Source: an uncultured Bacteroidota bacterium (GTDB taxonomy: Bacteria > Bacteroidota > Bacteroidia > Chitinophagales > Chitinophagaceae). From it: a stretch of 64,000 nt of DNA. Shown one piece after another: positions 48,541 through 58,220 of this stretch. Every line of letters starts with the position of its first letter. The first letter of the stretch is position 1. The stretch spans positions 114,795 through 178,794 of the forward strand of contig CAWAID010000008.1 of assembly GCA_963782125.1 (NCBI GenBank), given 5' to 3'. The notes under the pieces were generated by a model. It saw nothing but the letters and a program-made list of their open reading frames with translations, made no database searches and had not been told where the DNA came from. The position numbers were made by a program, and so were the translations under genes.

Positions 48541-49725
48541 GTGCTGGTATCGCTGCCTACGGGTGGCGGAAAGAGCGTGCTGTTTCAGGGGCCGGCGCTC
48601 CTGCAAGGCGCACTAACCAGCCGGCTTTCCATTGTAATCGTGCCGCTGAAGTCGCTTATGGAAGACCAGGTGGACAGTCTGGCAAAGCGTGGGTTTTACA
48701 CAAGCGTTGATTACTTGAGCGGCGACCGGCAGCAATACGAAAATCGGGAGGTGTTGCGCCGCCTGGCAGGTGGAGAGATTACGTTGCTGTACATTACGCC
48801 GGAACGATTTCGCTCCCGGGCGTTTGTGACGGCGCTGCAAACGCGCATGATGGTGGATTCGCGCCTGGCCTACTTTGTATTTGATGAGGCACATTGCATT
48901 TCGCAATGGGGTCAGGAGTTCCGTCCCGACTTCTTTCATGCATACACCATTGTAAAGGAATATCTCCGTGCTGTGCCGGATAGCCTCACGTTGCTATTAT
49001 TTTCTGCCACTGTTTCAGAACAGGTTTTTTTAGACATCAGCCGCAACATGCCGCGCATTGAGCGCTTAGACCTTTTCCCTAGTGGATACAACCCAGTGCG
49101 CGACCATATCAGGATGAGCTTCTTCAAAGACTTTATGGAAGAGGACAGGTTATCGCCCATCATAGAGCGACTAAATGCCGATGGCTTTAATCCCGCCTCT
49201 AGCCGCGCTATCATCTTTACTACTAGCAGAAGCCAAGCAGAAGAAGGCGCGGCCGCGCTTTCTGACAAGCTTACTGAACTGGATTGTGCATCAGGCGATG
49301 CCAATGCATTTAGTGTTGCACATTATCACGCTGGCCTTAGTGGGGAGCAACGTGAAGAAGTTTATGCTTCTTATAAAAAAGATGATGGCGCGCTGCCAAT
49401 CATTTTTGCTACCAAGGCTTTTGGAATGGGCGTCGATATCGGCAATATCCACCATGTATTTCACTTTTCACCACCATCGGCTTTTGAAGACTTCCTACAG
49501 GAAGTAGGTCGTGCCGGGCGCAATAAAGAAATGCTTGAAGATGCAGGTTTTGGGAAGGAGTCTCGGCCTATCGATGCGGTAACGCTACTAAGCCGGGGAG
49601 ACTTTAGCGCAATTAAGCTGCGCATGAAAAAAACAAAGCTTGCATGGTCGGATATAGGTATGGCACAGACGGCAATTCATGCTCATCTTCAGCAGCTTTG
49701 GCGCCTTAAAGTCAGATGCCGATAA
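48541..49725 (+). CDS. RecQ-like SF2 DNA helicase core (no Q-motif/N-terminus in frame; C-terminal region possibly in the +1 frame at 49679-49966)
   Basis: Motifs LPTGGGKS, FDEAHCISQWGQEFRPDF, FSAT, IIFTTSR, ATKAFGMGVD and QEVGRAGR. Confidence 0.75.
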   Translation: MLVSLPTGGGKSVLFQGPALLQGALTSRLSIVIVPLKSLMEDQVDSLAKRGFYTSVDYLSGDRQQYENREVLRRLAGGEITLLYITPERFRSRAFVTALQTRMMVDSRLAYFVFDEAHCISQWGQEFRPDFFHAYTIVKEYLRAVPDSLTLLLFSATVSEQVFLDISRNMPRIERLDLFPSGYNPVRDHIRMSFFKDFMEEDRLSPIIERLNADGFNPASSRAIIFTTSRSQAEEGAAALSDKLTELDCASGDANAFSVAHYHAGLSGEQREEVYASYKKDDGALPIIFATKAFGMGVDIGNIHHVFHFSPPSAFEDFLQEVGRAGRNKEMLEDAGFGKESRPIDAVTLLSRGDFSAIKLRMKKTKLAWSDIGMAQTAIHAHLQQLWRLKVRCR

Positions 49726-50018
49726 ATCATGGCCAGTGCCGCTTAATCTGCTCTCCGACGGGCGTGCCTTTTTTAATAAAGAAGATATCGTTGCCAACAA
49801 ATTCCGGCTTTCGCTTTATTGGCTGGAGCAGCTTGGGCGGATACTGTTAGGCTTTTATACACCGACGCATTACAAAGTGCTTCGTGCTTCACTGAAAGGC
49901 GCGCAATGCGCGAGCGAAGCATTAACGCCATGTCTGGAGCAAATAATCATTCAGGCGTCAGCTTAAGCCTGGAGAAGGGGATTCGGCGCTGATATCCATT
50001 AGTGGGCTCGCAGGCACT

Positions 50019-50834
50019 TTGCATTGCAGTACAATGGAAGTAGTTAATAAGATGGCAGCGCTGCATGGAGAACGTTGCATTGAAATTGCTCACTACATCT
50101 ATCTCGTGCCATCTGTCAGTGTAGATGAAGAGTTTACAGCTTTTAAAAGGGTGGGCGATAACCGCCTTCTGGTGCGTTTACATTGGGCGGTCCTACTAGC
50201 AACGGCAATCCTGAAACGTTGTCCGCATCTTGATGAGTATCGAATGGGAAGCGCAGAACTGGATAAACTGGCAGAGGCCTGTTTGCATGAGGCAGTACTA
50301 TACCTGCCAGAGCGCATTAGAATATCAGCTATTGCTCAGGAGCAGTTTGGCACTGACCTCAAGCGCCGGAGAAAACATGTGTTTACCCTGCTGCGCAAAC
50401 TAATGGGCATACGGGTGAAGAGTGAGATCGCGGGTATCACACCGGGCGTTGGCAACAAGCAGCACGCTGAAGTTGTCCAGCTGATTTATAATGGTGGAAA
50501 ATCACCAACGGCCTGGGTGGAAGAGCTTCAGAAATTCAGCAATGCGGCTGCCAAACTGTGTGGTTGGGCCTACGACAACTCGCGGCAGGATGTGACAGGC
50601 AAAACGTCGCCATTTGAGTATGTCCAGAAATACCTGCCCGCTGAAGGAATTGCCTATCTGGAAGACCTGCTACACATCACAGGTCTGTTTGGGTACATAA
50701 AAACGGCCGGCAGCATCATGCCTACCGGCATTGGCGTTACACTGCTGTCTGATGAAGCGATTAAGGAGCGGGACAGCCAGCACATTGACAGCAATGTGTT
50801 TGCATCGTATGAGGAGTGGGGCTGGAAGGGATGA
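50019..50834 (+). CDS. Hypothetical protein ending at the IS21 boundary; possibly the N-terminal part of the IS-disrupted UvrD-like helicase gene (same frame)
   Basis: Stop TGA at 50832-34 abuts the IS terminal repeat; same reading frame as the helicase ORF beyond the IS. Confidence 0.4.
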   Translation: MHCSTMEVVNKMAALHGERCIEIAHYIYLVPSVSVDEEFTAFKRVGDNRLLVRLHWAVLLATAILKRCPHLDEYRMGSAELDKLAEACLHEAVLYLPERIRISAIAQEQFGTDLKRRRKHVFTLLRKLMGIRVKSEIAGITPGVGNKQHAEVVQLIYNGGKSPTAWVEELQKFSNAAAKLCGWAYDNSRQDVTGKTSPFEYVQKYLPAEGIAYLEDLLHITGLFGYIKTAGSIMPTGIGVTLLSDEAIKERDSQHIDSNVFASYEEWGWKG

Positions 50835-51101
50835 TGAAGTTGACCCACTAAGGATGAAGCAAACTGACCCACCTTCTGACTGGCGAAGATTTGGCGTTTT
50901 TGCTGGCGAAGAGGTGAGTGGATTTGATGTTTTGTTGAGTGTTTAAAAATGTGATTTCTGCATTTTTCTTCTGGATCGGTTCGTGACTAAAGGTCTATAG
51001 AAATTTGATTTGTTGATCCGGGGAGCATGCGGATAGCTTTGTCCACAAAAATTTTTAGGCTGGCCCCGCAGCCTTAGTGAAGGGCCAGCCGTATAGAAAA
51101 T

Positions 51102-51863
51102 TTATGTGGATAAAGCGGGCAGGGTGCCGTCGTTCTGTACGCTCTCGGACATTTCTGGCTTTTTGCGACGCATCGATTCTCCGTGCAGATCCAAACGATG
51201 CGCGTTGTGAACGATTCTGTCCAGGATTGCGTCGGCGATCGTTTGCTCACCAATCAACTCATACCATTTGGCTACCGGTACCTGTGAGGTAATGATTAGC
51301 GAGGCCTTTCCATGCCGGTCTTCAATAAGCTCCATCAGGATAGCACGGCTTTGCGCATCGAAGGGCTGGATGCCAAAGTCATCGAGGATTAGTAGATGCT
51401 GCCGTTCAATGCGGGTCACTTCTTTGAGATAGGAGCCATCGGCCTTTGCCATTTTCAGACGGGCGAAAAGCTTGGGTACATTAAAGTAGGCTACCCGATA
51501 ACCGCGGCTGCAGGCATGATGGCCAAGAGCAGATGCGATGTAGCTTTTGCCAATCCCGGTGCTGCCGGTGATCAGGATGTTTTCATTCCGGTCAATAAAG
51601 CTGCAGTCGGCAAAGCGCAGGATCTGGTTCTTGTCCGCATTGCGGTCTGTATGGTAGTACAGGTCCTCCAGCGCTGCTTTGTAGCGGAAGCGGGCGTTGC
51701 GGATCTTGAGGTCAATGCCCCGGTTCTGCCGCTCATCCCATTCTGCATCTACCAGATGTGCGACGATCTGGTCCGCCGTGAAGGTTTCTGCTTTGCCTGC
51801 TTCAAGGCTGGTTTTGAAGGCACGGAACATGCCGTGGAACTTCATCTTTTCTGAGCTTGTCAA
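51102..51863 (-). CDS. istB: IS21-family helper ATPase IstB
   Basis: Walker A ITGSTGIGKSYIASALGHHACSRG; Walker B LLILDDFG. Confidence 0.9.
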   Translation of the reverse strand: MTSSEKMKFHGMFRAFKTSLEAGKAETFTADQIVAHLVDAEWDERQNRGIDLKIRNARFRYKAALEDLYYHTDRNADKNQILRFADCSFIDRNENILITGSTGIGKSYIASALGHHACSRGYRVAYFNVPKLFARLKMAKADGSYLKEVTRIERQHLLILDDFGIQPFDAQSRAILMELIEDRHGKASLIITSQVPVAKWYELIGEQTIADAILDRIVHNAHRLDLHGESMRRKKPEMSESVQNDGTLPALST

Positions 51864-51899
51864 GTGTTTCTGTGTTCATGGTTACATTGATTTTATTGG

Positions 51900-53456
51900 T
51901 TAAGACTTGTTGTAATACTGTTCTCCTCTGATGTTGTCGTGTGCCGGCATCGTGAGCTGCTGCAGCTCATCTTCATCCTGCTGCGTATCCAGTCCTTTTT
52001 GCAGAATGCGCTCTATGATCTTGTAGTTATAGATGCCATAGCCTAAAGCCCGCTGGCAGGCTTTGATCAGCCGCTCATTGCCGACCTTTTTGGCGAAGCT
52101 TAAGATGCCCAGACAGGATTTATACGCCTGTTCCGGATGCTGTTTGCGATCCAGAACTTTCTGGATGTAGACCACTACGTCCGGGTCTATATCAGCAGCC
52201 CAGCTCAGGAAGCGCTGTGGCGTCCATTCTGTAACGAAGCGATGGGCGGAGGCCAGATGATCCGGGTCTGTAGTATAATGAAACGAACTCTTCACCCGGT
52301 TGTGGAGGGCAATGCGCTCGTAGCCGCTGTAGATCTCCACCGTCTTGTTGCTATAAAGAAGCTTTACTTTTTTGCCGATGTACTTGTACGGAACGCTGTA
52401 GAAGTGGCGATCGGCTCCAAGGGTCACATGCCCGTTCTTCATCACGGTGGCAAAGCTGGATTGCTTGATCTCGAAGCGTGTCGCGGGTAGCGGCATGAGT
52501 GTGCTGCGCTCCACTTCTTCAAATTGCTGGCGGCGGCTGTAGCTGCGGCCTTTTAAGTGGGCGTTGTTGTGCACCTCAAGCGCTTGCAGAATGGCTACAT
52601 TAAGTGCTTCCAGTGTTGTGAATCGCTGATCACGGAGCTTGCTGTAGATGCGCGCGTAAACGATTTTTACGGCATTCTCCACATGCGCCTTGTCTTTGGG
52701 GCGATAGGCTCTGGCCGGCAGGATGGTGGTGCCGTAATGCTCTGCAAACACAGCGTAGCTCTCATTCAAAACCGGCTCGTACTTACTGCTTTTGGTTACT
52801 GCGCTCTTCAGGTTGTCAGGAACAATAGCTGCCGGCACGCCGCCGATGAAGTGAAGGGCACCTTCGCAAGCGCCAATAAAATCTTCTTTCTGCTGACTCA
52901 TTACAGCCTCTACGTAGGTGAGCTGGCTGGCGCCCAGAATGCCTACGAACACTTCTACCGGCTTTAGCTCTCCGCTTTCCGGGTCGGTAATGTGGAGCTT
53001 GTCGCCGGCGAAGTCAACATATAGCTTGTCGCCGGCCTTGTGGTCTATGCGCATCGATGGATTGACGCTTGCTTTCCACTGCCTGTAGTAAGTGTTGAAC
53101 TGGCTTAGGCACAGGCCTTCCGGATTGTCCCGCCGATATTGTTCCCAGAGCACCTGACGGGTAGCGCCTTTGCGCTTCAGCGCTTTATCTATATCGGGAA
53201 ACAGGCTGTGCAACTGTGCTACCCGTTCGCTGGAGGGTGCAACTTGTGGCTTGATGAACAGGTCCTCCAGGTCTTTATCGCTGAGGGTATCAAGCTCTTT
53301 GAAGCTCAATCCGCTGTCAGTGAAAGCCTGGAAGTACCGCTTTAATGTATTGCGGGAGGTGCCGGTTTGTTCGGCGATGAGGCGCTTGCTTCGTCCCTGG
53401 TCGAGCAGGCGTAAGGCGTGTCTGATCCTGGTCATGCTTATCGGATTATTGGCCAT
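51900..53456 (-). CDS. istA: IS21-family transposase IstA
   Basis: N-terminal HTH followed by an rve-type DDE domain; 518 aa, immediately upstream of istB. Confidence 0.9.
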   Translation of the reverse strand: MANNPISMTRIRHALRLLDQGRSKRLIAEQTGTSRNTLKRYFQAFTDSGLSFKELDTLSDKDLEDLFIKPQVAPSSERVAQLHSLFPDIDKALKRKGATRQVLWEQYRRDNPEGLCLSQFNTYYRQWKASVNPSMRIDHKAGDKLYVDFAGDKLHITDPESGELKPVEVFVGILGASQLTYVEAVMSQQKEDFIGACEGALHFIGGVPAAIVPDNLKSAVTKSSKYEPVLNESYAVFAEHYGTTILPARAYRPKDKAHVENAVKIVYARIYSKLRDQRFTTLEALNVAILQALEVHNNAHLKGRSYSRRQQFEEVERSTLMPLPATRFEIKQSSFATVMKNGHVTLGADRHFYSVPYKYIGKKVKLLYSNKTVEIYSGYERIALHNRVKSSFHYTTDPDHLASAHRFVTEWTPQRFLSWAADIDPDVVVYIQKVLDRKQHPEQAYKSCLGILSFAKKVGNERLIKACQRALGYGIYNYKIIERILQKGLDTQQDEDELQQLTMPAHDNIRGEQYYNKS

Positions 53457-53675
53457 CAGGGCTAAGTTTTTAAGAAACTTAACCTAGACTGCCTCCGCCT
53501 AAAGCATCAGCTCAAATCTTACTTCCGGGTGGGTCAGTTTGCACCGGCGAGGGTGGGTCAGTTTGGACCGGCGCAGGTGGGTCAGTTTGAATCATCCTGG
53601 GTGGGTCAGCTTAAATCGGCGCGGGTGGGTCAGTTTGACCGTTCCCTCCAGTGGGGCAAGCTGCGTGAGCTAAAG

Positions 53676-55880
53676 ATGATTGCTTTGCAGGCAATGTCAG
53701 AAATGCCTCTCGGCGAGCAGGACGGTTTTATCAAAGCATACTTTAAGGCAAGCAACTTTGAGGAAATACTTGCGCTTCTTCACGAGACTTTTGGCGAAAT
53801 CCAGCGCATAAGATTTCCCAATCTACCTGAAGACAAAATTGAGCTCCATCCTGCCATGCAGGCGTTTGCCGAAGAAACCTTGAAGGCACAAGTCGCTGGT
53901 TTAAGCGAAGAGCAGAAAGCAGTTTATGATGCGCCGCTGGGCCAGCATATTTCTGTTATTGCCGGGCCAGGCTCTGGCAAGACGCATACACTTGCTTTAC
54001 GCGTAGCTCGCCTCATCCAGCAAGAAGACGTGTCCGCGGCAGATATTCTGGTCGTTGCCTACAATCGCGCAGTAGTAACTGAGCTAAAAGCGCGGCTGCA
54101 ACAAACCTTTCGTGCGTTAGGGTATCAGGATATTACAAAGCCGTTGCGCATCTGCACCTATGCGGAACTTGCGCTCAAGTTAAACCCAGATATAAGGAAG
54201 CAGCCCTTTAAGACAATTGAAGAACCGAATGTATGGGAGCGCGACCTCTGCAATAGACTGCAGGACAACCCCGCTCATGCGCTGATGCGGTTGGGCGCAG
54301 TGAAGTATTTATTGGTGGACGAGTTTCAGGACGCCACAGAGCTACGAATAGAAATTCTATCACGGCTTATAAAGCTGAGCGATGGCAAGCTGTTTGTAAT
54401 CGGCGACCCTAATCAAAGCATTTATGGCTTTGAACGAACTGCTGCTGGTTCGGCGATTGACCCATTGCCTTATTACGAATTGCTAGAAAAAGTATTTAGC
54501 CCATTAGCGCACTATGCGCTGACGCAAAACTTTCGATCTATGCCGGCAATTGTAGCAGCCAGCAATGAGCTTATATCACATTGGATACCACGCTACCAGG
54601 GATTGAAGCCGCTGGTCACAAAGCGGGAGCCGTTCCCAAATATGCCACGGGAATATTGTACGATAAGGCATCATGCAGAAGGCCTGCGTTGGTGGGATGA
54701 ACTTAAGAAATTGCTAGTTGAAACAGGTGACGAGTTGCAAAAAGGCGACAAACGTGAGCCTCAACGCTATCGGCAGATTGCTATTCTGTTCCGTAGCAAC
54801 AATGAGGTTTTCAGGGCAAAGGCAAGACTTTCTGAGGCTGGAATTGCAGGCATCCGGATACGCGTGCAGGGGAATCAGCCCACCGAGTTTATGCGCTTTC
54901 GCGAATGCCACTTCTTCCTACATAAGTATGCGCAAGAGGCGGCCCGTGAAACGCCTATACCAAACGATTTCCGTGACCAAATCAATAAGCTGATAACGGA
55001 ACAAAAGATAGCCTGCCCGGCATGGAACCAATTCTACTTATCAGTTGTTCATGCTCTCGTGCTGCAATATTTAGACGATGCGCCCGAGGATATACAGAAT
55101 ACTTACACGGCCCTATGCGACCACATCTGCGAAAGCACGCGGCGCGATGATGGGCAGCTTTGGAAGGTGTATGAAAAGTATAAGGACTTTGTTGACCCAG
55201 GCATGAATGAGACTGAAGTATTGCTAACAACAATGCACCGGGTTAAAGGTCTTGAGTTTGATGCCGTAATAGTGCCTCCGTCGTTCTCGGAGTTGCCGTT
55301 CATGCCCGGCACCGAAGATGAAGCAGTGATTCATGACCTTATAGACGAAGAGCGAAGGCTGATGTACGTTGCGTATTCGCGGGCAAAGTACCGGCTAGTA
55401 GTGATTCAGGGGGAACGCGAAGCCGCACTGCTAAGTCAGATACAGTACACGCCAGATGACAAGGTGGTAGGGCAAATTGGGCGGCCACTTAAGGATGGAT
55501 TAAAAGATGTAAATATTAGTTGGGGCGCAAAGGCTTTTTGCTTTTCCGGAAACGCTGCTCACGGTATTCTTTCCAACAACGAAATAGGACTAAGGGTGGG
55601 TGCGGGAGAACGGGTTACGCTAATTAGAAGGGTCAACAATTTTGGTACATTTTACGAGGTAAAAAATAGCTCTGCGCAACATATTGCGACGCTGTCACAA
55701 AACGCCGTTGCCGCCCTCACGGAACCAAAATATGATGGCATTTATGTAAACGAAGTAATTGTCTGGACAGAAGAATCAGCTGCAACCGCGGGATTTGCAG
55801 ACCAGTGGTGTGAAGAAGCCAGAACCCAGGGTTATATTTATGTTGTTGCCCTTGCAGGCTATAGCAAGCCTGTTGCCTGA
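53676..55880 (+). CDS. UvrD/Rep-like SF1 helicase
   Basis: Motifs AGPGSGKTHT, LLVDEFQDAT, VIGDPNQSIY, HRVKGLEFD and VAYSRAKYRL. The ORF upstream of MIALQ is just translation of the IS repeats. Confidence 0.8.
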   Translation: MIALQAMSEMPLGEQDGFIKAYFKASNFEEILALLHETFGEIQRIRFPNLPEDKIELHPAMQAFAEETLKAQVAGLSEEQKAVYDAPLGQHISVIAGPGSGKTHTLALRVARLIQQEDVSAADILVVAYNRAVVTELKARLQQTFRALGYQDITKPLRICTYAELALKLNPDIRKQPFKTIEEPNVWERDLCNRLQDNPAHALMRLGAVKYLLVDEFQDATELRIEILSRLIKLSDGKLFVIGDPNQSIYGFERTAAGSAIDPLPYYELLEKVFSPLAHYALTQNFRSMPAIVAASNELISHWIPRYQGLKPLVTKREPFPNMPREYCTIRHHAEGLRWWDELKKLLVETGDELQKGDKREPQRYRQIAILFRSNNEVFRAKARLSEAGIAGIRIRVQGNQPTEFMRFRECHFFLHKYAQEAARETPIPNDFRDQINKLITEQKIACPAWNQFYLSVVHALVLQYLDDAPEDIQNTYTALCDHICESTRRDDGQLWKVYEKYKDFVDPGMNETEVLLTTMHRVKGLEFDAVIVPPSFSELPFMPGTEDEAVIHDLIDEERRLMYVAYSRAKYRLVVIQGEREAALLSQIQYTPDDKVVGQIGRPLKDGLKDVNISWGAKAFCFSGNAAHGILSNNEIGLRVGAGERVTLIRRVNNFGTFYEVKNSSAQHIATLSQNAVAALTEPKYDGIYVNEVIVWTEESAATAGFADQWCEEARTQGYIYVVALAGYSKPVA

Positions 55881-55927
55881 GCTATATTCATGGTCCGAAC
55901 CCAACTATTAAATAAATTCTCGTTTGA

Positions 55928-56326
55928 ATGGCTGGCAAAAAAGAAAGCTACTGGATTCCGCTTGCCGACCTGATGACGGTCTTAATGGTGATATTCCTAT
56001 TTATGGCTATCTCCTACATGATTGTGATTAAAAACAAGCAAAAGGATAAAGACACAATCATTAAAGACTTTCAGGCTGCGAAGGTGGAACTATTGAAGGA
56101 GCTGCAGGTGCAGTTCAACGAAGACTTTAAGACAACAAAGTGGAATGCTGTGCTGGACTCCAATAATCTGTCAATCCGCTTTGTAGACGAGCGTATTCTT
56201 TTTGACTACAACAAGAGTGAGCTAAAAGAGGATTTCAAAAAAATTCTTGCGGATTTCCTTCCTCGATATTTACAAATAATCCTCAAAGAAAAGTACGCGG
56301 ATAAGATTGCTGAAGGTTCGAATTGA
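55928..56326 (+). CDS. MotB/ZorB-like protein, N-terminal TM part (frameshift at ~56310)
   Basis: WIPLADLMTVLMVIFLFMAIS MotB-type TM anchor. Confidence 0.55.
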   Translation: MAGKKESYWIPLADLMTVLMVIFLFMAISYMIVIKNKQKDKDTIIKDFQAAKVELLKELQVQFNEDFKTTKWNAVLDSNNLSIRFVDERILFDYNKSELKEDFKKILADFLPRYLQIILKEKYADKIAEGSN

Positions 56327-56636
56327 GGGTCATACTAGTTCTGAGGGTGATTACATCTATAATCTCCAGCTTTCACAAGACCGGACGCGGAATGTGATGC
56401 GCTTTCTACTTGCGCTTGACTATTTTCAAAAGCTAGGGCAAAAAGACAAAGACAGATTGCAATACTGGCTTACCGCAAATGGACTTTCTTTTGGCAGGCA
56501 ATTGGACAAAACAGGTCGCGAGATTTACAGAACAGGCGCCCCAGCCGACCCTACTACTTGCCGGCGGGTGGAATTCAGAATTGTAACCGCAAGTGACGAG
56601 CTGATTAAAAAAGCTGTTCAGAAACTTTCAAACTAA
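56307..56636 (+). CDS. MotB/ZorB-like protein, OmpA-like peptidoglycan-binding part
   Basis: VRIEGHTSSEGDYIYNLQLSQDRTRNVMRFL...RRVEFRIV OmpA/MotB motifs. Confidence 0.65.
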   Translation: MLKVRIEGHTSSEGDYIYNLQLSQDRTRNVMRFLLALDYFQKLGQKDKDRLQYWLTANGLSFGRQLDKTGREIYRTGAPADPTTCRRVEFRIVTASDELIKKAVQKLSN

Positions 56637-56646
56637 GATACGACCC

Positions 56647-57444
56647 ATGCAGACCGTGAAGTTCATTGTTGACTGGTTGCCCTATTTGTTTATGGCGGCC
56701 TATCTCACCTGGGCGTTTAGCTATGTACTAAGGGCAAAGCGAAATCCCGAACGAGTGAACAAGTATCTGCTGGACATGATACCCCAGATTTTTACCACAA
56801 TCGGTATTCTGGGCACGTTCCTCGGTATTGCCGTCGGTCTATACTTCTTTGATGTAAAGGACATGGAGGGAAGCATTCCAATTCTCCTGGGAGGGTTAAA
56901 GACTGCGTTTTTCGCATCCATTGCAGGCATCGTCTGCTACTTCTTTTTTTCAAAATGGATAGCGCGGGTACAGAAGCAAAACGAGCACGGTAAGCTTAGT
57001 GATGAAGCAACTATTCTCAACAAGTTGGTTGATTCAATGAATGATTTCAAAGGGGAAATGCTACGGGTAATGACATCAAAAGATGAAGCAAATAATCAGG
57101 CTACTATTGGCAATTTGCTCCGTGAAATATGCGATGAATCAAAGAAACAGTCTGCGGCCTTACAGACTTTTTCTACAGATTTAGCCGTCACTATCACGGC
57201 GGGCTTTGAAGAAATCTTCAACAATCCAAAAGAAGGTGTCGTTTATGAATTGCAGGGCCTGCGAACCGAAATTGAGTCTTTAGGTAACAAGCTCAATGAC
57301 CCGACAACAGAGATGACGCAAAACGTCGTGAAAGACTTAGAAGCGGCTTTGGAGCGAATGGTTGCTGAAGTTCAAAACCTCCGTCTCCGGTTCCGCAAAA
57401 GCCGAGATGGAGGGATTGGCGAAATTGCTCGGACAGGCTGGTGA
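56647..57444 (+). CDS. MotA/ExbB/ZorA-like proton-channel domain protein
   Basis: TM helices with GILGTFLGIAVGL and LKTAFFASIAGIVCYF typical of the MotA_ExbB family. Confidence 0.65.
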   Translation: MQTVKFIVDWLPYLFMAAYLTWAFSYVLRAKRNPERVNKYLLDMIPQIFTTIGILGTFLGIAVGLYFFDVKDMEGSIPILLGGLKTAFFASIAGIVCYFFFSKWIARVQKQNEHGKLSDEATILNKLVDSMNDFKGEMLRVMTSKDEANNQATIGNLLREICDESKKQSAALQTFSTDLAVTITAGFEEIFNNPKEGVVYELQGLRTEIESLGNKLNDPTTEMTQNVVKDLEAALERMVAEVQNLRLRFRKSRDGGIGEIARTGW

Positions 57445-58207
57445 AACACTTGTTTCGTTCCCTGCTACACTGCAAACAATGACCGATAATCTACAGGAAA
57501 ATTTCAGAAGTCTGCAAGGCACGGTAGAGCAAATTGCTTCCCAGACCATCAGTCAATCGTCTGCTGCAAACGAAGCGATGACGGCACGCATGGAAGGCGC
57601 ATCCACACAAATGCATCAGCTTATTCAGGGCTTGCAGGCTGGGCAGGGCGAGCTTGTAGAGCAGCACCAGAATAATCTGGCTTTGTCCGACAGGCTGGTT
57701 GCCGCGTTCAACAGCAGCATCACGAATATGGAGGCGCTTGCCAAGGGTGTAAATCAAACAATGAGCAAGTTTTCCGGGGTGGAAACGGAGCTTTCAAAAA
57801 CCATTAGTCAGCTCACAAGCGTGGCATCAAATGTGAACAATGCTAGTCGTGAGTTTGGACAAGCGCAACAACAATTTGCCGGTCAGAATGCGCAATTTCT
57901 ACAACAGAATAAAGCGAACCTGGAAGGCATACAGGAGGCACTTTCAAAAGCCAAGGAAGTATCCGCAGACTATGCGCAGAAGTTTGGAATTATTGAGCAG
58001 GGCCTAAAAGGCATCTTCGCAGAAATACAAAGCGGACTGGATGGCTACAGCACTACGATTAATAAGAACCTCGCGGGCTATTTAGACAAATACAGTGAGA
58101 GCATGTCCAGTGCAGTGCAGTCGTTGGCAGGAGCCACGGAGCAGCAGCGTGAAGTGTTGGAAGACCTGACTGACGAGTTGACAAAGTTTAGCACACGCCG
58201 CAATTAA
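57362..58207 (+). CDS. Long coiled-coil protein; probably the frameshifted C-terminal tail of the MotA-like gene (ZorA-type tail)
   Basis: Low-complexity Q/A/L-rich heptad-like sequence; overlaps the MotA ORF end by 83 nt in another frame. Confidence 0.5.
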   Translation: MLKFKTSVSGSAKAEMEGLAKLLGQAGETLVSFPATLQTMTDNLQENFRSLQGTVEQIASQTISQSSAANEAMTARMEGASTQMHQLIQGLQAGQGELVEQHQNNLALSDRLVAAFNSSITNMEALAKGVNQTMSKFSGVETELSKTISQLTSVASNVNNASREFGQAQQQFAGQNAQFLQQNKANLEGIQEALSKAKEVSADYAQKFGIIEQGLKGIFAEIQSGLDGYSTTINKNLAGYLDKYSESMSSAVQSLAGATEQQREVLEDLTDELTKFSTRRN

Positions 58208-58220
58208 TCACCACTTCATT

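Larger units (their letters stand above)
50836..53665. mobile_element. IS21-family insertion sequence (istA-istB) with multi-repeat termini; boundaries approximate
   Basis: Left end ttgacccactaagg...caaactgacccacc. The right end has five direct repeats of gggtgggtcagtttg (53527-53640) then ccagtggggcaagctg, which form imperfect inverted repeats with the left end. Confidence 0.75.

Noticed and set aside
53527-53640. Possible CRISPR-like array (regularly spaced repeats)
   Set aside because: Repeats are only ~15 bp with 7-9-bp spacers and sit at the IS21 terminus. This is typical IS21 multi-repeat IstA binding sites, not a CRISPR. No CRISPR arrays seen anywhere in the window.
53529-53675. N-terminal 49 codons of the 783-aa ORF (MGQFAPARVGQFGPAQVGQF...)
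   Set aside because: This is translation of the five direct gggtgggtcagtttg terminal repeats of the IS21 element, not protein-coding sequence. The helicase more plausibly starts at MIALQ (53676) or continues from the pre-IS ORF.
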